Below, piece after piece: positions 35,939-45,365 of a DNA stretch of 64,000 bases (positions are counted from its first letter, which is position 1; every line of letters begins with the position of its first letter). The notes beneath the pieces were generated by a model. The model ran no database searches. It worked only from the letters and a program-made list of their open reading frames with translations, and was not told the origin of the DNA. The DNA is from an uncultured virus (IMG/VR IMGVR_UViG_3300034023_001061) (taxonomy: Duplodnaviria; Heunggongvirae; Uroviricota; Caudoviricetes), in the IMG/VR virus record IMGVR_UViG_3300034023_001061. The stretch is one strand, 5' to 3'. A program made the translations under genes and the position numbers.

Positions 35939-36591
35939 AACCCTGCAACCCTCGGCGCCCCGAAGCGTTCCCCGTCGTACGGGTGCCACGCGACGGTGCG
36001 CGCCTCCGTATCCACCACGCACGCGCACGGCCCGTGCCCGCGGTGCAACGTGCCCGCGTTGACGAACACGCATCCCGCGTAGGGCGACGTAGCGTCGGGG
36101 TCACCGATCCACCGAACGTGCTCACGGTGCGTATGCCCGCCGATGTGCATCGCGATGCGGTGCGAGCGGAGGTGCTCCCACGCGCCGTGCGCCGTGACGT
36201 TGTACTCTAGCGAGTCGAGGTCGACCGCGGCGAGGTCGTCCGTCACGAGCCCGTGCGCGACCATCACCGTGCCGAGGTTCGTCGGGAACGTGAGCGTTTG
36301 CGGTAGCGACGCGACCCACTCGATTTCGTCGTCGAGGGCGCCCGTCGCGATGGCCTCCGCATCGTCTCTACGGCGTCCGCAGAGCCACCACCTGTCGTGG
36401 TTGCCCGCGACGGTCGCCACGACGTGCTCCCGCAGCGTGCGGAGGCACTGGCGGGCCGCTGCGAGGCCGACGGCGCCGTCTACGAGGTCGCCCACGCACA
36501 CCACGCGGTCGACGGTGGGCGCGAAGCGTTCGAGCGCACGGGTGAGGGCGACGGCCTCTTGATGCACGTCGCCGATGGCGAGGATTCTCAC
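35935..36591 (-). CDS. Calcineurin-like metallophosphoesterase
   Basis: GDVH, GDLVD, GNHD, AHG, GHTH, NAG. Confidence 0.92.
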   Translation of the reverse strand: MRILAIGDVHQEAVALTRALERFAPTVDRVVCVGDLVDGAVGLAAARQCLRTLREHVVATVAGNHDRWWLCGRRRDDAEAIATGALDDEIEWVASLPQTLTFPTNLGTVMVAHGLVTDDLAAVDLDSLEYNVTAHGAWEHLRSHRIAMHIGGHTHREHVRWIGDPDATSPYAGCVFVNAGTLHRGHGPCACVVDTEARTVAWHPYDGERFGAPRVAGF

Positions 36592-36595
36592 GCGG

Positions 36596-37399
36596 TCACT
36601 TGCGCTTCTTGCGTGACCCGTTTCGGAGCGATTCTCGCGGGCCGCTGCACCGATGCTGAACGTCGCTCGCGTCACCCTCGACGATCGCGAACTGAGCGTT
36701 CTGCCCTGAGACGTAGGCATCGCGGACCTTGCCGCTGCGGTCGGTCTCTACCTCGAAGCGGCCCTGCCGAACGTAGGTTGGCACGACGTACCAGAGGCCA
36801 CGAATCGCAGCGGCGGAGAGACTGCCGCGCGTCGCCCACTCACCGACCGGAACGTGTTTCGGATCTTCTTCGTGAGACACCGACAACCACCGCGGGATCG
36901 CGATGATAACCCCAGGACGGTTCTTCGTCGGGCGGAACGGCAGTGGCGCGTAGTCGCTCGCGTATTCCTTCGCCGTGCCCCACCGCCCGAAGAACGTCAT
37001 GTTGTGCTGGTCGACGTTGAGCGTGCCCTTGCTGCGCACGAAGCACGACGATCGGATCGACTGCCACTCCTCCCATGCCATGCCTCGGTACACCATCGCG
37101 TCATCGGACTCGACGTCATCGACGGTTTTTGACGGCTTGCGATAGGACGCATACAGGCGATCCCGGTCGTCGGTGCGCATGGTTCCGTCGATCGGCTCGA
37201 CCAGCGTGCGGTAGTGAATTCCGTCGTAGTCACGATCGACCTTGACCAGAGAGAAGCGCCACCGATCTGCCGCGAGTCGCAATTGAAGGTCGCCACGACT
37301 CTTGAAGAACGCGGCGATCGCCGACTTCGCAGCGCGAACGTTGTCCGCCGTCACGGAGTCGCTGCCCTTCGTCACTCTGAGTACGATGCGTTCGCGCAT
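36596..37399 (-). CDS. Putative ADP-ribosyltransferase-fold protein
   Basis: VYRGM, TFF..TAKEYA, GVIIAI, GEWATRGSL. Confidence 0.6.
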   Translation of the reverse strand: MRERIVLRVTKGSDSVTADNVRAAKSAIAAFFKSRGDLQLRLAADRWRFSLVKVDRDYDGIHYRTLVEPIDGTMRTDDRDRLYASYRKPSKTVDDVESDDAMVYRGMAWEEWQSIRSSCFVRSKGTLNVDQHNMTFFGRWGTAKEYASDYAPLPFRPTKNRPGVIIAIPRWLSVSHEEDPKHVPVGEWATRGSLSAAAIRGLWYVVPTYVRQGRFEVETDRSGKVRDAYVSGQNAQFAIVEGDASDVQHRCSGPRESLRNGSRKKRK

Positions 37400-37415
37400 G
37401 ATGGCGCCGATGTTC

Positions 37416-37667
37416 TCACGGGGTATCGGGTCGGTCAACGATGGTTTCGCGCGCCAGCGCAGCCCGGTAGTTCCGCTCGCGTGCTTGCCAGAACACGACG
37501 TTCGGGCCGAGCACGGATGCGAGTCGAGCGCATAGGTCGGTGTCGAGGGGCGGGCGTTCGTCGCGCAGTGTAGCGACGGTGATGCCGACGCTCACGCAGA
37601 ACTCGGCGTCGCTTACGCCGCTATCTTCGATCAGGTCGACGACGGTTTCCCACGGGGAGGAGTGCAT
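37416..37667 (-). CDS. HigA-like XRE regulator/antitoxin
   Basis: SPWETVVDLIEDSGVSDAEF..LCARLASVLGPNVVFWQARERNY; TACGCT-N6-ATG. Confidence 0.75.
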   Translation of the reverse strand: MHSSPWETVVDLIEDSGVSDAEFCVSVGITVATLRDERPPLDTDLCARLASVLGPNVVFWQARERNYRAALARETIVDRPDTP

Positions 37668-37803
37668 GGCGGGAGCGTACACCGAAGCGGCGTGTGGGCG
37701 AACACGGCGTCGCCGCAATCGCGGCACTTGCCGGTGACGTGAAGGTCGTGCGGGCGCTGCGGTGCGTCGCACACGAACGCTCGCAGCGGGTGCTCGCAGA
37801 CGC

Positions 37804-37995
37804 TCACAGGTGAACGTCGCCCCCGCCGATATCGTCGGGCGGCTCGCGGCGGAGGTAGGGCTGCATCGCGTTCTCCGCGGAGTCGGCGATGGCCCAGAGC
37901 ACGAGTCCGGTGACGCCGAGCACGGTGCCGGGGATCGCCGTTGCGACGTACACGGTGGTGAGCACCGCGAGCTTCGCCTTCTCGCGGAGGCTCAC
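37804..37995 (-). CDS. Small membrane protein
   Basis: Hydrophobic stretch LAVLTTVYVATAIPGTVLGVTGLVLWAI. Confidence 0.5.
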   Translation of the reverse strand: MSLREKAKLAVLTTVYVATAIPGTVLGVTGLVLWAIADSAENAMQPYLRREPPDDIGGGDVHL

Positions 37996-38156
37996 GACGC
38001 CCGCCGCGGGGCGAACTCGCGCTCGAAGGCGGCGGCGATGGCATCCTCGCTCCAGTCGAAGGGGACGTTCGCGGGCCGATCGTTCTCCGTGGGCGTGACG
38101 GGGAGTGTGGCGAGTTGCAGTTCCAGCATGGCGGTGTCGAAGTCGGCGTTGCGCAT
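37992..38156 (-). CDS. Small hypothetical protein
   Basis: TTGAAT-N17-CGTATAC upstream. Confidence 0.5.
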   Translation of the reverse strand: MRNADFDTAMLELQLATLPVTPTENDRPANVPFDWSEDAIAAAFEREFAPRRAS

Positions 38157-38235
38157 GGCGGTGTATACGCGAGCGCGGTGTGCCGTATTCAACTGCGCCT
38201 TGACCGCACGCGTCGCAACGGCGTAAAACGTGGGC

Positions 38236-39405
38236 ATGGCGAGAGCGTGCGGCCTTGTTGTAAATCCCGTGAACGGGCGCGTCGGCGAGGTGAACTTCGA
38301 CCGCGGCGATTCGTCGGTGACGTTGTACGGGCTTGACGGCACCGTGATCGCGCAGGGCGCGCTCGACGACGGTTCCTACGGCGCGAAGTACACGCTGCCC
38401 GCCGAACTCTCGGGCTACCCGCGCGTGCATACGAACCCCGGCGTCGAGGCGCCGTTCCGCGCCGAGAAGGGGTGGGGGACGTGTCTCTACGCGGGCGCCG
38501 CGCTCGCCGCGCATCTCGGGATGAACAGCAAGATCCCGCTGGACAAGGTGTCCGGCGACCGCGACGGCGTGTGCTCCTCCGCGAATTCGCGATCCAGTTC
38601 CGCGAGTCGGTGGTGGGACGCTGCGCGGAATGCGTACGGGCTCGCCGTCGAGGAGAACGTTTGCGGCGCGGCGGGCGAAGAGGAGGGATCGTTCTCCTCT
38701 AGCAGCGCGGGTCGCAACGCGAAGCGGGCAATCGAAGACGTTCTCGGCGAAGTCGTTTCGGATACGGTTTCGGACGTGGTTTCGTGGGAGCTCACGGCGA
38801 AGTACACCATCGAGAAGTGCATCGACGTGGACGTGCTGACTTACGATTCCGTGAGCGACGCAGGACTCATCTTGTCCGTGGGCAGCGGCAAGGAGACGGG
38901 CGGGAACTCGTTCGTCTACCTCGACGACGCGGAGTTGCTCCGCGACTTCGGCGACGTGTCGCTCCCGGTGATGCGCGCGGTGAACGTCGGCTACCTGCGC
39001 GGCTTCGGCAAGAGCGAGGCCGACGATGCGATGGAGAACCTCGTGCGACTCACGATTCACGCGGGCGGCACGCAGGCCGACGTAGACTCGATGGTCGAGC
39101 GGTACAACGCGGGCGTCGATGCGGACCAGCCGCGCTACGTCTCGCCCGTCACGGCGCACGCGAACCCCGGCACGATGTACCTGCGCCGCGCGCTGCGGAA
39201 CGGGCGCTCGGTGATGGTGCGCGCCACGATGCCGAGCGTGCTCACACCGCGCCGCGTGGCGCCCGCGAAGGTCGTGGTGTACGGGCGCAAGGGGCGACGG
39301 GCGGAGCGCAACCCGCCGATCACGCGACACGTTCGCGATGCGCTCGCGCGTGTGCATGGACAGCGGGTGCGACTCGGGTGGGGCGCCTTCGCGGGCGCGC
39401 TCTAG
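38236..39405 (+). CDS. GNAT-like acetyltransferase domain protein with basic tail
   Basis: VEAPFRAEKGWGTCLY (motif A-like), SASRWW. Confidence 0.6.
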   Translation: MARACGLVVNPVNGRVGEVNFDRGDSSVTLYGLDGTVIAQGALDDGSYGAKYTLPAELSGYPRVHTNPGVEAPFRAEKGWGTCLYAGAALAAHLGMNSKIPLDKVSGDRDGVCSSANSRSSSASRWWDAARNAYGLAVEENVCGAAGEEEGSFSSSSAGRNAKRAIEDVLGEVVSDTVSDVVSWELTAKYTIEKCIDVDVLTYDSVSDAGLILSVGSGKETGGNSFVYLDDAELLRDFGDVSLPVMRAVNVGYLRGFGKSEADDAMENLVRLTIHAGGTQADVDSMVERYNAGVDADQPRYVSPVTAHANPGTMYLRRALRNGRSVMVRATMPSVLTPRRVAPAKVVVYGRKGRRAERNPPITRHVRDALARVHGQRVRLGWGAFAGAL

Positions 39406-39815
39406 GCCGTCTGCGCCTTGAACTCGCGGGCTGCGTCGGCGTCGTGCCACACGATCGACGGCACGGCGATGTCGTGCATGGCGCGGGCGATGCTCGTCTC
39501 GGCGGCGTAGTGCGAGACGATTGCGTTGACCGCCTTGCGCATGGCGGCGTCGCGCGAGTAGCGATCCTCCTCGAAGCGGCGCGAGCCGAGCGCCATCGCC
39601 TTCTCGCGACCGGGCATCGTCTGGATCACGGTCGTCCAGTACGGTTCGGCGGGCGCCATTTCCTTCGCCCACGCGGAGCGGCCATCGTAGCCGGGGAGGC
39701 GACGGACGGCCCACACCTCGCGGCCATCGACGGTGCAGACGCGGTGGGCGGCGCCGCCGTCGGCGGACACGTAGGAGGGGAACGCGGGAGCGGGAACGGT
39801 TTCGGTGGGGTTCAT
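39402..39815 (-). CDS. Hypothetical protein
   Basis: ATG after promoter motif. Confidence 0.65.
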   Translation of the reverse strand: MNPTETVPAPAFPSYVSADGGAAHRVCTVDGREVWAVRRLPGYDGRSAWAKEMAPAEPYWTTVIQTMPGREKAMALGSRRFEEDRYSRDAAMRKAVNAIVSHYAAETSIARAMHDIAVPSIVWHDADAAREFKAQTA

Positions 39816-39911
39816 GCTCGCTTGTACGCCGACCGCGAGGCGATTCTTACGCGCCGCGGAGAAAATCGGAGGGAGCGTGAAGAGTCGGGGGAGGCGTCGC
39901 GTATTAGCACC
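39816..39911. promoter_or_regulatory. Divergent pair of ECF-like promoter motifs
   Basis: Minus: GCGTAAGA-N16-CGTACAAG; plus: GTGAAG-N17-CGTATTAG. Confidence 0.65.
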
Positions 39912-40196
39912 ATGCCGACCATGACCGCCGCCGACGCCTCCGAGGCGCTCTGCGTGCTCACCGACACGGGCGCGCACTCACCTGCGACGCTCGCCCTCGC
40001 ACTGCGCAGTGTGGTGCTCCTGCGCGTCGTGATCGACGCGCTCCCGAAGTGCGCCGACTGCGGCGCCATCGCAACGCGCCACGGGCGCCCGATGGAGGGC
40101 TATGTGTGCGACGATCACACGCCTACGGGGTTGTACCAGCCGAACGATTACGACTTGCCGCACGCCGACGCCGTGCGCGCGATGGAGACGACGTGA
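39912..40196 (+). CDS. Zinc-finger hypothetical protein
   Basis: LPKCADCGAIATR..VCDDH..LPHA. Confidence 0.6.
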   Translation: MPTMTAADASEALCVLTDTGAHSPATLALALRSVVLLRVVIDALPKCADCGAIATRHGRPMEGYVCDDHTPTGLYQPNDYDLPHADAVRAMETT

Positions 40197-41008
40197 TGGT
40201 GGCGAAGGAGAAGAACGTTCGCGTGCCGAAGTGCAGGAGGAACGCGGGCAAGCCGTGGACGCCGAAGTTGAACGCGGCGTTCACGCTCGACTGGGGTCGG
40301 CTCGCAGAACGCAAGATGGTCGAGATTTACGGACGAACTCCGACGGCTCTCTACCGTCACGCGGAGGCTCTCGGACTCCCGATGCAACCCGCGATGCTCG
40401 GCAAGGTGTCGATCAACGATGCGGCGAAGAAACTCGAAGTCTCAAACGACGGACTGCACGCCGTCCTGAAACAGTGCGGCCCCCTCGCGTCTCGTTCTTC
40501 GTACGTGAGAATCGTGCGCAGCAAGGCCAACGGGCCACGCACGTTGTACGTGGACCCGGCTGCTGCCGAAACGTGCCTCGTCTCGCACGATAGCCGCACT
40601 GCGACGCTCGGACTCTATGCTCGGTCACGCAAGCGGTCGCGCCAGTCTACGATGCAATTCCTCGCCCGTCGCGGGCTGCTGGTCAAGGAGCGGCCTATCC
40701 GAAAGGTCCGCTACCCATACGACCTTCTCGACGAGGTGTTCTCGGGCACCGAAGGGCCGTGGTGCACCGTGTGGCGGGCGGTTCTGGCGGCGGGCGAGTT
40801 GCCCGTCGCGCGGTGGTTCGTGGCCCTCGCGGTGCACGACTACGTGTTCGGCGACGTGGCGTCGCGCGAGTGGTTCGAGACCGTCGCGACGAAAACGTCG
40901 CGGGACGTGGTGATGCCGCTCGTCAAGCAACTGCGCGGCCCGTCGGTCGTGCGGGCGGAGCGCAAGAGCGACGTGTCGCGTAGAAGAAACCGCGAACGGG
41001 CAGCGTAG
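40196..41008 (+). CDS. Putative multi-HTH DNA-binding protein
   Basis: PWT..GRTPTALYRHAEALGL; SINDAAKKLEVS. Confidence 0.65.
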   Translation: MVAKEKNVRVPKCRRNAGKPWTPKLNAAFTLDWGRLAERKMVEIYGRTPTALYRHAEALGLPMQPAMLGKVSINDAAKKLEVSNDGLHAVLKQCGPLASRSSYVRIVRSKANGPRTLYVDPAAAETCLVSHDSRTATLGLYARSRKRSRQSTMQFLARRGLLVKERPIRKVRYPYDLLDEVFSGTEGPWCTVWRAVLAAGELPVARWFVALAVHDYVFGDVASREWFETVATKTSRDVVMPLVKQLRGPSVVRAERKSDVSRRRNRERAA

Positions 41009-41025
41009 AAGGGACGGAGGCGAGT

Positions 41026-41487
41026 ATGGTCGAAACGGTGAATGCGGCAGAGGCAGAAGAACGTGTGCGCGCGTGGTATCGCGACGAACGCAACGGCGTC
41101 TCGCGCGAGGAGACCGGACTCGTGGCGTCGTTCTGCGTGGTGTTGGTGCGCGGCGAGAAGTTGCTCTCCGCGATCGCCGTCGCGTCGATGTGGCGACTCG
41201 CGACCAACCCCGACCGAGTTATCTCGACGCTCCCCACCGAGTCGCGGTACGCCACGTTCGAGCGCATGGCCTACTCGGTGTTCCCCGCGGACTTCGCCGC
41301 GGAGGCGGCGCGGCTCGTGCGCAACGAACCGAAGCGCGATCGCAACCCGACGCTGGAGCGCATCGCCGACGCGCTGGAGTGCATCGCGCTCGCGACCGAT
41401 CGTGACCGAGCGGACCTCAACGCAATGCTCCACGAGTACGATTTCGCACTGGACGTCGTCGCGGAAAACGCCGGGAGGCCGAAGTGA
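41026..41487 (+). CDS. Hypothetical protein
   Basis: TAGAAG-N17-CGTAGAAG and RBS; LERIADALE. Confidence 0.65.
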   Translation: MVETVNAAEAEERVRAWYRDERNGVSREETGLVASFCVVLVRGEKLLSAIAVASMWRLATNPDRVISTLPTESRYATFERMAYSVFPADFAAEAARLVRNEPKRDRNPTLERIADALECIALATDRDRADLNAMLHEYDFALDVVAENAGRPK

Positions 41488-41681
41488 CCCCGCGCTTCAT
41501 CACCGGGGCGCACCGCATGGTGCCGTCGATCACGCCGCCGCCGCCGCGCGAGACGGAGCGGTGCCCGATGTGCGGGCGCGACGTGCCCGTCGGCATGGTC
41601 ACGGAGGGGGCGTGCGAGGTGTGGTGCCGCATGGCGCAACCGGGCGACCCGATGCCCGCGAACGAGAAGGTGACGCCGTGA
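41484..41681 (+). CDS. Small zinc-binding protein
   Basis: CPMCG...CEVWC. Confidence 0.5.
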   Translation: MTPRFITGAHRMVPSITPPPPRETERCPMCGRDVPVGMVTEGACEVWCRMAQPGDPMPANEKVTP

Positions 41682-42376
41682 GCCTCGCGTGGATCGTTTC
41701 GGGTGAGCACTACGCCAGCAACGACGGCGAGTCGCACGTAGCGTACGGCGACACCGCCCTCGACGCTGCGCGGGCGCTCGACAAGGCCAGTACCTCGACG
41801 TTCGTGCCGGTCGACGCCGACGAACTCGCGCCGTGTGTCACGGTCACGCGCGCCTCGCAGTGGGATCACCTCGCGCCCGACGGGCCGACGACGGCGATGC
41901 TCTTCGCCGACGGGTGGCAGTTCACCTGTAGCGAGTGCGAGCACGAAGTCCGCTCCGACGGCTGCGAAGCCTGCGCGGAGGAGCGGCACAGCGACGAGCA
42001 CGGCGAGGCGCCGATGCGCGAGCCCGTAGTGATCGACGACGCCGTGTTCTGCGGCGCGGCGTGCCTGCGCAAGTGGCAGGCGTACCGAACCGCCCGAGAC
42101 CGGCGCAAGCAACTGGCGGCACACCGCGCCATCGAGCGGTGGCCGTCCATCACGATCACCGACGTTGATGGGAACGTGTACGTCGGCGGCGAACTCGGCG
42201 CGGTTGTAACGTTCACCTTCGACGGCAACCGTGAGGGCGCGTGGGCCGACGGCAAGCCCGACGTGCAGAAGGGCGAACGTCCGGCGTTCCGGTTCAACAA
42301 CGAAGCAGACGCGGAGCGGTGGCGCGTGCTATCGGTGGGCATCGACGAGTTCAACATGCGGCGAGGTGCGACGTGA
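41678..42376 (+). CDS. Cys-rich phage hypothetical protein
   Basis: GWQFTCSEC..CEAC..FCGAAC. Confidence 0.65.
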   Translation: MSLAWIVSGEHYASNDGESHVAYGDTALDAARALDKASTSTFVPVDADELAPCVTVTRASQWDHLAPDGPTTAMLFADGWQFTCSECEHEVRSDGCEACAEERHSDEHGEAPMREPVVIDDAVFCGAACLRKWQAYRTARDRRKQLAAHRAIERWPSITITDVDGNVYVGGELGAVVTFTFDGNREGAWADGKPDVQKGERPAFRFNNEADAERWRVLSVGIDEFNMRRGAT

Positions 42377-42715
42377 GAAACGTTCTCGAAGTGGCGCAGT
42401 ACGCGTTGCTCTCGATGCAGATGGAGCGCGTTCTGCAAGAGATCGTCAACGACGTGACGAAGAGCGAGGCGATGCGCGCCGCCGCCCGTGAGGCGCTCGC
42501 GAACGCCCGCAAGCGACAGGGCGACGGTTGAACATCGACCCCGACAACGCAGCGCGCATCGTGAGCGACCTAGAGCGCATCGCCGACAACCCACGGAAGT
42601 CGGCGATTTTGCGTGAGGCGGCGCACGAGGCGCTAGCGAAGTTGCGCAAACTCAAGCCGCAACCGCCGTTGAATACGGTACGCCGCAGCGGCGTATAGGG
42701 CATCGGAGAGTAATC

Positions 42716-42979
42716 GTGAGTCGAACCAGCTTCTTTCTCGCGCTCGCGGAGGAACACCGCGACGAGGCCGTTAAACTAGTCGCGCGAGTTGTCGACACCG
42801 CGCAGACGCAAGCGGGCCGACAAATCCCGCGCGGCGCACCGCCCGCCGCGTTCTTCCGCGCGGGAGCATCGCGCAACCCGACGTACGGCACGATCGCGAG
42901 CATCTGCGAGAAGCACGCGCTCGGGTGGGAGGAACTCGACCGCGCGGTCGCCGTGAAGAACAGGATCGTGCGACCGTGA
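42716..42979 (+). CDS. Hypothetical protein, possible HTH
   Basis: TTGAAT-N17-CGTATAGG and RBS upstream. Confidence 0.55.
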   Translation: MSRTSFFLALAEEHRDEAVKLVARVVDTAQTQAGRQIPRGAPPAAFFRAGASRNPTYGTIASICEKHALGWEELDRAVAVKNRIVRP

Positions 42980-43410
42980 TCGGTTACATTCTGCCGACGC
43001 TGGTTTCGCCTCCCACGGGCTTCGTGTTCCCGCGAGTGCTCGGTCGCGATCGTGCGTACCTCGCGGCGTGCGTCGCGACGTGTTTCCGCGTTGACGCTGG
43101 CGACCCCGAAGAGGCGCACGTTCTGTACGACGTGGCGCGACGCACCGCTGCGAGCATCGCGAGCACGATGGATCACGACCGCGCCCGTCGCATCGAAGCG
43201 TTCGCGGAGGCCGCGAGTGATATCCTTCTCGAACTCGACTCGAACGATCGCATCGCTGTGATGGGCAACGCGATCCGCCGATTTATCGACGACGACCACG
43301 AGGAGTGCTTCGACCTCGACGTGGCGGTGAAGCGCGTGTGCTCGCTGTTCGAGACGACGGAGGCGCACGATCGCATCGCGCGCAAGGTCGTCGAGGCGGT
43401 CACAACGTGA
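42976..43410 (+). CDS. Hypothetical protein
   Basis: Overlap chain. Confidence 0.6.
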   Translation: MIGYILPTLVSPPTGFVFPRVLGRDRAYLAACVATCFRVDAGDPEEAHVLYDVARRTAASIASTMDHDRARRIEAFAEAASDILLELDSNDRIAVMGNAIRRFIDDDHEECFDLDVAVKRVCSLFETTEAHDRIARKVVEAVTT

Positions 43411-43604
43411 GCACGCGCACCGACGACGTTCGCGGCCCGCGCTTCTCGCGCATCGGCGACTTCGACACGATCCACTACCCGACGGGCTTCACGATGGGGC
43501 GCACGAAGCTCGCGGCGCTGGCGGAGGCGCTGAAGATCCATCGGTGGCACATCGACAACGCGCGCGTCGTGGCGGCGATGGACGCGCGAAACGCGACTGA
43601 ATAA
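43407..43604 (+). CDS. Small hypothetical protein
   Basis: Overlap chain. Confidence 0.5.
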   Translation: MSTRTDDVRGPRFSRIGDFDTIHYPTGFTMGRTKLAALAEALKIHRWHIDNARVVAAMDARNATE

Positions 43605-43631
43605 TCGCCGCACTGCGAACGTCGAAACGCT

Positions 43632-43997
43632 ATGAGCGAAACCGTCACCGACCTCATTACGCTCTGCTACGAAGCCGCCGCCCGCGAGACTGCGGCGCAA
43701 GAGGAGCAACGCATCGCGAGGGAGCGTGTCGCGTTCGTGCTGGCGCTCCCGCCGAAGCGGGTTCGCGTCGAGCGCGAGCCGTTCTACGTGCGTGACGGCG
43801 GCGTGTTCGTGCTGTACGAGGGGCGGTGGCTCCCCGAAACGTCGGAGCGTTTCGTCGAGCGACGCGAAGATCACGGAGTGCTCGTGGGTACGGCGACGGT
43901 GTACGGGTTCAGTTGCCCGTCGTACGAGTCGTTCGTCGTGCACCCGCTCACGTCGGAGCGCGCGGGGCCGCCTTCTAGCGAGGCAAACGACGAGTGA
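43632..43997 (+). CDS. Hypothetical protein
   Basis: CTGAAT-N17-CGTCGAAA upstream. Confidence 0.65.
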   Translation: MSETVTDLITLCYEAAARETAAQEEQRIARERVAFVLALPPKRVRVEREPFYVRDGGVFVLYEGRWLPETSERFVERREDHGVLVGTATVYGFSCPSYESFVVHPLTSERAGPPSSEANDE

Positions 43998-44055
43998 CAG
44001 ACTAAGTCACACGCGAGTTGCGGCGCACGCGATCGCGAGTAGAGTACGGGGAGCG

Positions 44056-44298
44056 ATGAACCTCGGGGCGATGGCAAACACGATTCACGAAGCGATGCGC
44101 GACCGCCACGACGGGCTCACGTACGTGCGCGTGTTTCCGTGCCATCGGAGCGACACGGTGTTCTGCTGGCGGCTCGAAGCGCAGTGGTCCGATCGTGGTG
44201 AGCGGTACACGTTCGAGGGCGGCGCGACGGGGGCGGACTCCGCGTCGGCGCTCGCGAGCCTCGCGCGGAGCGTGGGGGTGGCGGCGTGCTCGACCTGA
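44056..44298 (+). CDS. Distant IExALR-family paralog
   Basis: TIHEAMRDR...SALASLARSVGV. Confidence 0.55.
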   Translation: MNLGAMANTIHEAMRDRHDGLTYVRVFPCHRSDTVFCWRLEAQWSDRGERYTFEGGATGADSASALASLARSVGVAACST

Positions 44299-45365
44299 TC
44301 GTCGATTGCTACCCGACGCGCGAAGCGTGGCTGCATGGCCGTCGCGACCCGTTGAACATCGGCGCCTCGGAGGCAGCGGTTGTGCTCGGCGTGTCGCCCT
44401 ACGCCGATGCGTGGTCCTTCTGGGAGAAGAAGACGGGGCAAGCGAAGGGCGAGTTCATCCCCGACGACGCCGATGCGTTCGTGCTCTCGCGCGGCAACCG
44501 ATGGGAACCCGTGGTGCTCGAAGAGTACGGGATCGCGTCGGAGAGCACGATCGTGGAACCGGGCGAGAACTTCGGTCGCAAGGGCCATATCGTCACGCTC
44601 TCGAACCCCGCGTTCCCGTGGTTGCGTTCGTCGCCCGATGCGTTCGCGATCGACAAGTGGGGCACGTTCGGCCACGTCGAGGCGAAGACCGCGCTCGACC
44701 GCGACGCATGGACGCGCGACCGCGGCATCATCATCGACAAGTGGGCCGACAGGAGCGAGGAACTCTTGCCGCCGCACTACGCCGTGCAGGCGTACTCGCA
44801 ACTCGCGGTGTCGGGCCTCCCGTGGAACGACGTGTGCGCGCTTGTGCCGTCGAGCGGGTGGCTTGAGGTTCGGTGGGTGCGCTTGATGCGCGACGCCGAC
44901 ACGCAGGATGCGATCGTCGAGGCGTGTGCGGCGTGGCGTGATAAACACCTCGTTCGTGGTGAGGCGCCCGACGTAGACGGCACCGCCGCGTGCAACCGCT
45001 ACCTCGCGCGCCGACTCAACGTTCCCGATGCGCGAGCGCGCCGCATGGCGAGCGAAGAGGAGGCGACGAAGATCCACGAACTCGCGGCGCTGCGGGCCAC
45101 GATCGGTGCCGCCGAGGATCGGGTCAAGGTTCTCACGAACGAACTCGTGGTTGCCGCGGGCGAGAGCATCGTCGCCGTCGCGGAGGGCAAGAAGGCGCCG
45201 TACGGGCAGGCGCAGAAGGTAGGCGCGAAGGAAACGATCGACACGAAGAAACTGAAAACCGAGTTCCCCGAGGCGCACGCCGCGTGCAAACGCACGGGAG
45301 CGGCGAGCGTGTGGTTCGCAACGTACAGGTTCGAGAAACAGACGAAAGAGAGCGACGATTCATGA
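44286..45365 (+). CDS. YqaJ-like viral recombinase exonuclease
   Basis: WLHGRR..IGASEAAVVLGVSPY, GNRWE, SSPDA, VEAKT, YAVQ. Confidence 0.92.
   Translation: MLDLIVDCYPTREAWLHGRRDPLNIGASEAAVVLGVSPYADAWSFWEKKTGQAKGEFIPDDADAFVLSRGNRWEPVVLEEYGIASESTIVEPGENFGRKGHIVTLSNPAFPWLRSSPDAFAIDKWGTFGHVEAKTALDRDAWTRDRGIIIDKWADRSEELLPPHYAVQAYSQLAVSGLPWNDVCALVPSSGWLEVRWVRLMRDADTQDAIVEACAAWRDKHLVRGEAPDVDGTAACNRYLARRLNVPDARARRMASEEEATKIHELAALRATIGAAEDRVKVLTNELVVAAGESIVAVAEGKKAPYGQAQKVGAKETIDTKKLKTEFPEAHAACKRTGAASVWFATYRFEKQTKESDDS

Noticed and set aside
37804..39714. 636-aa minus-strand ORF
   Set aside because: Shadow of the GNAT-like gene; only the last 63 codons look coding.
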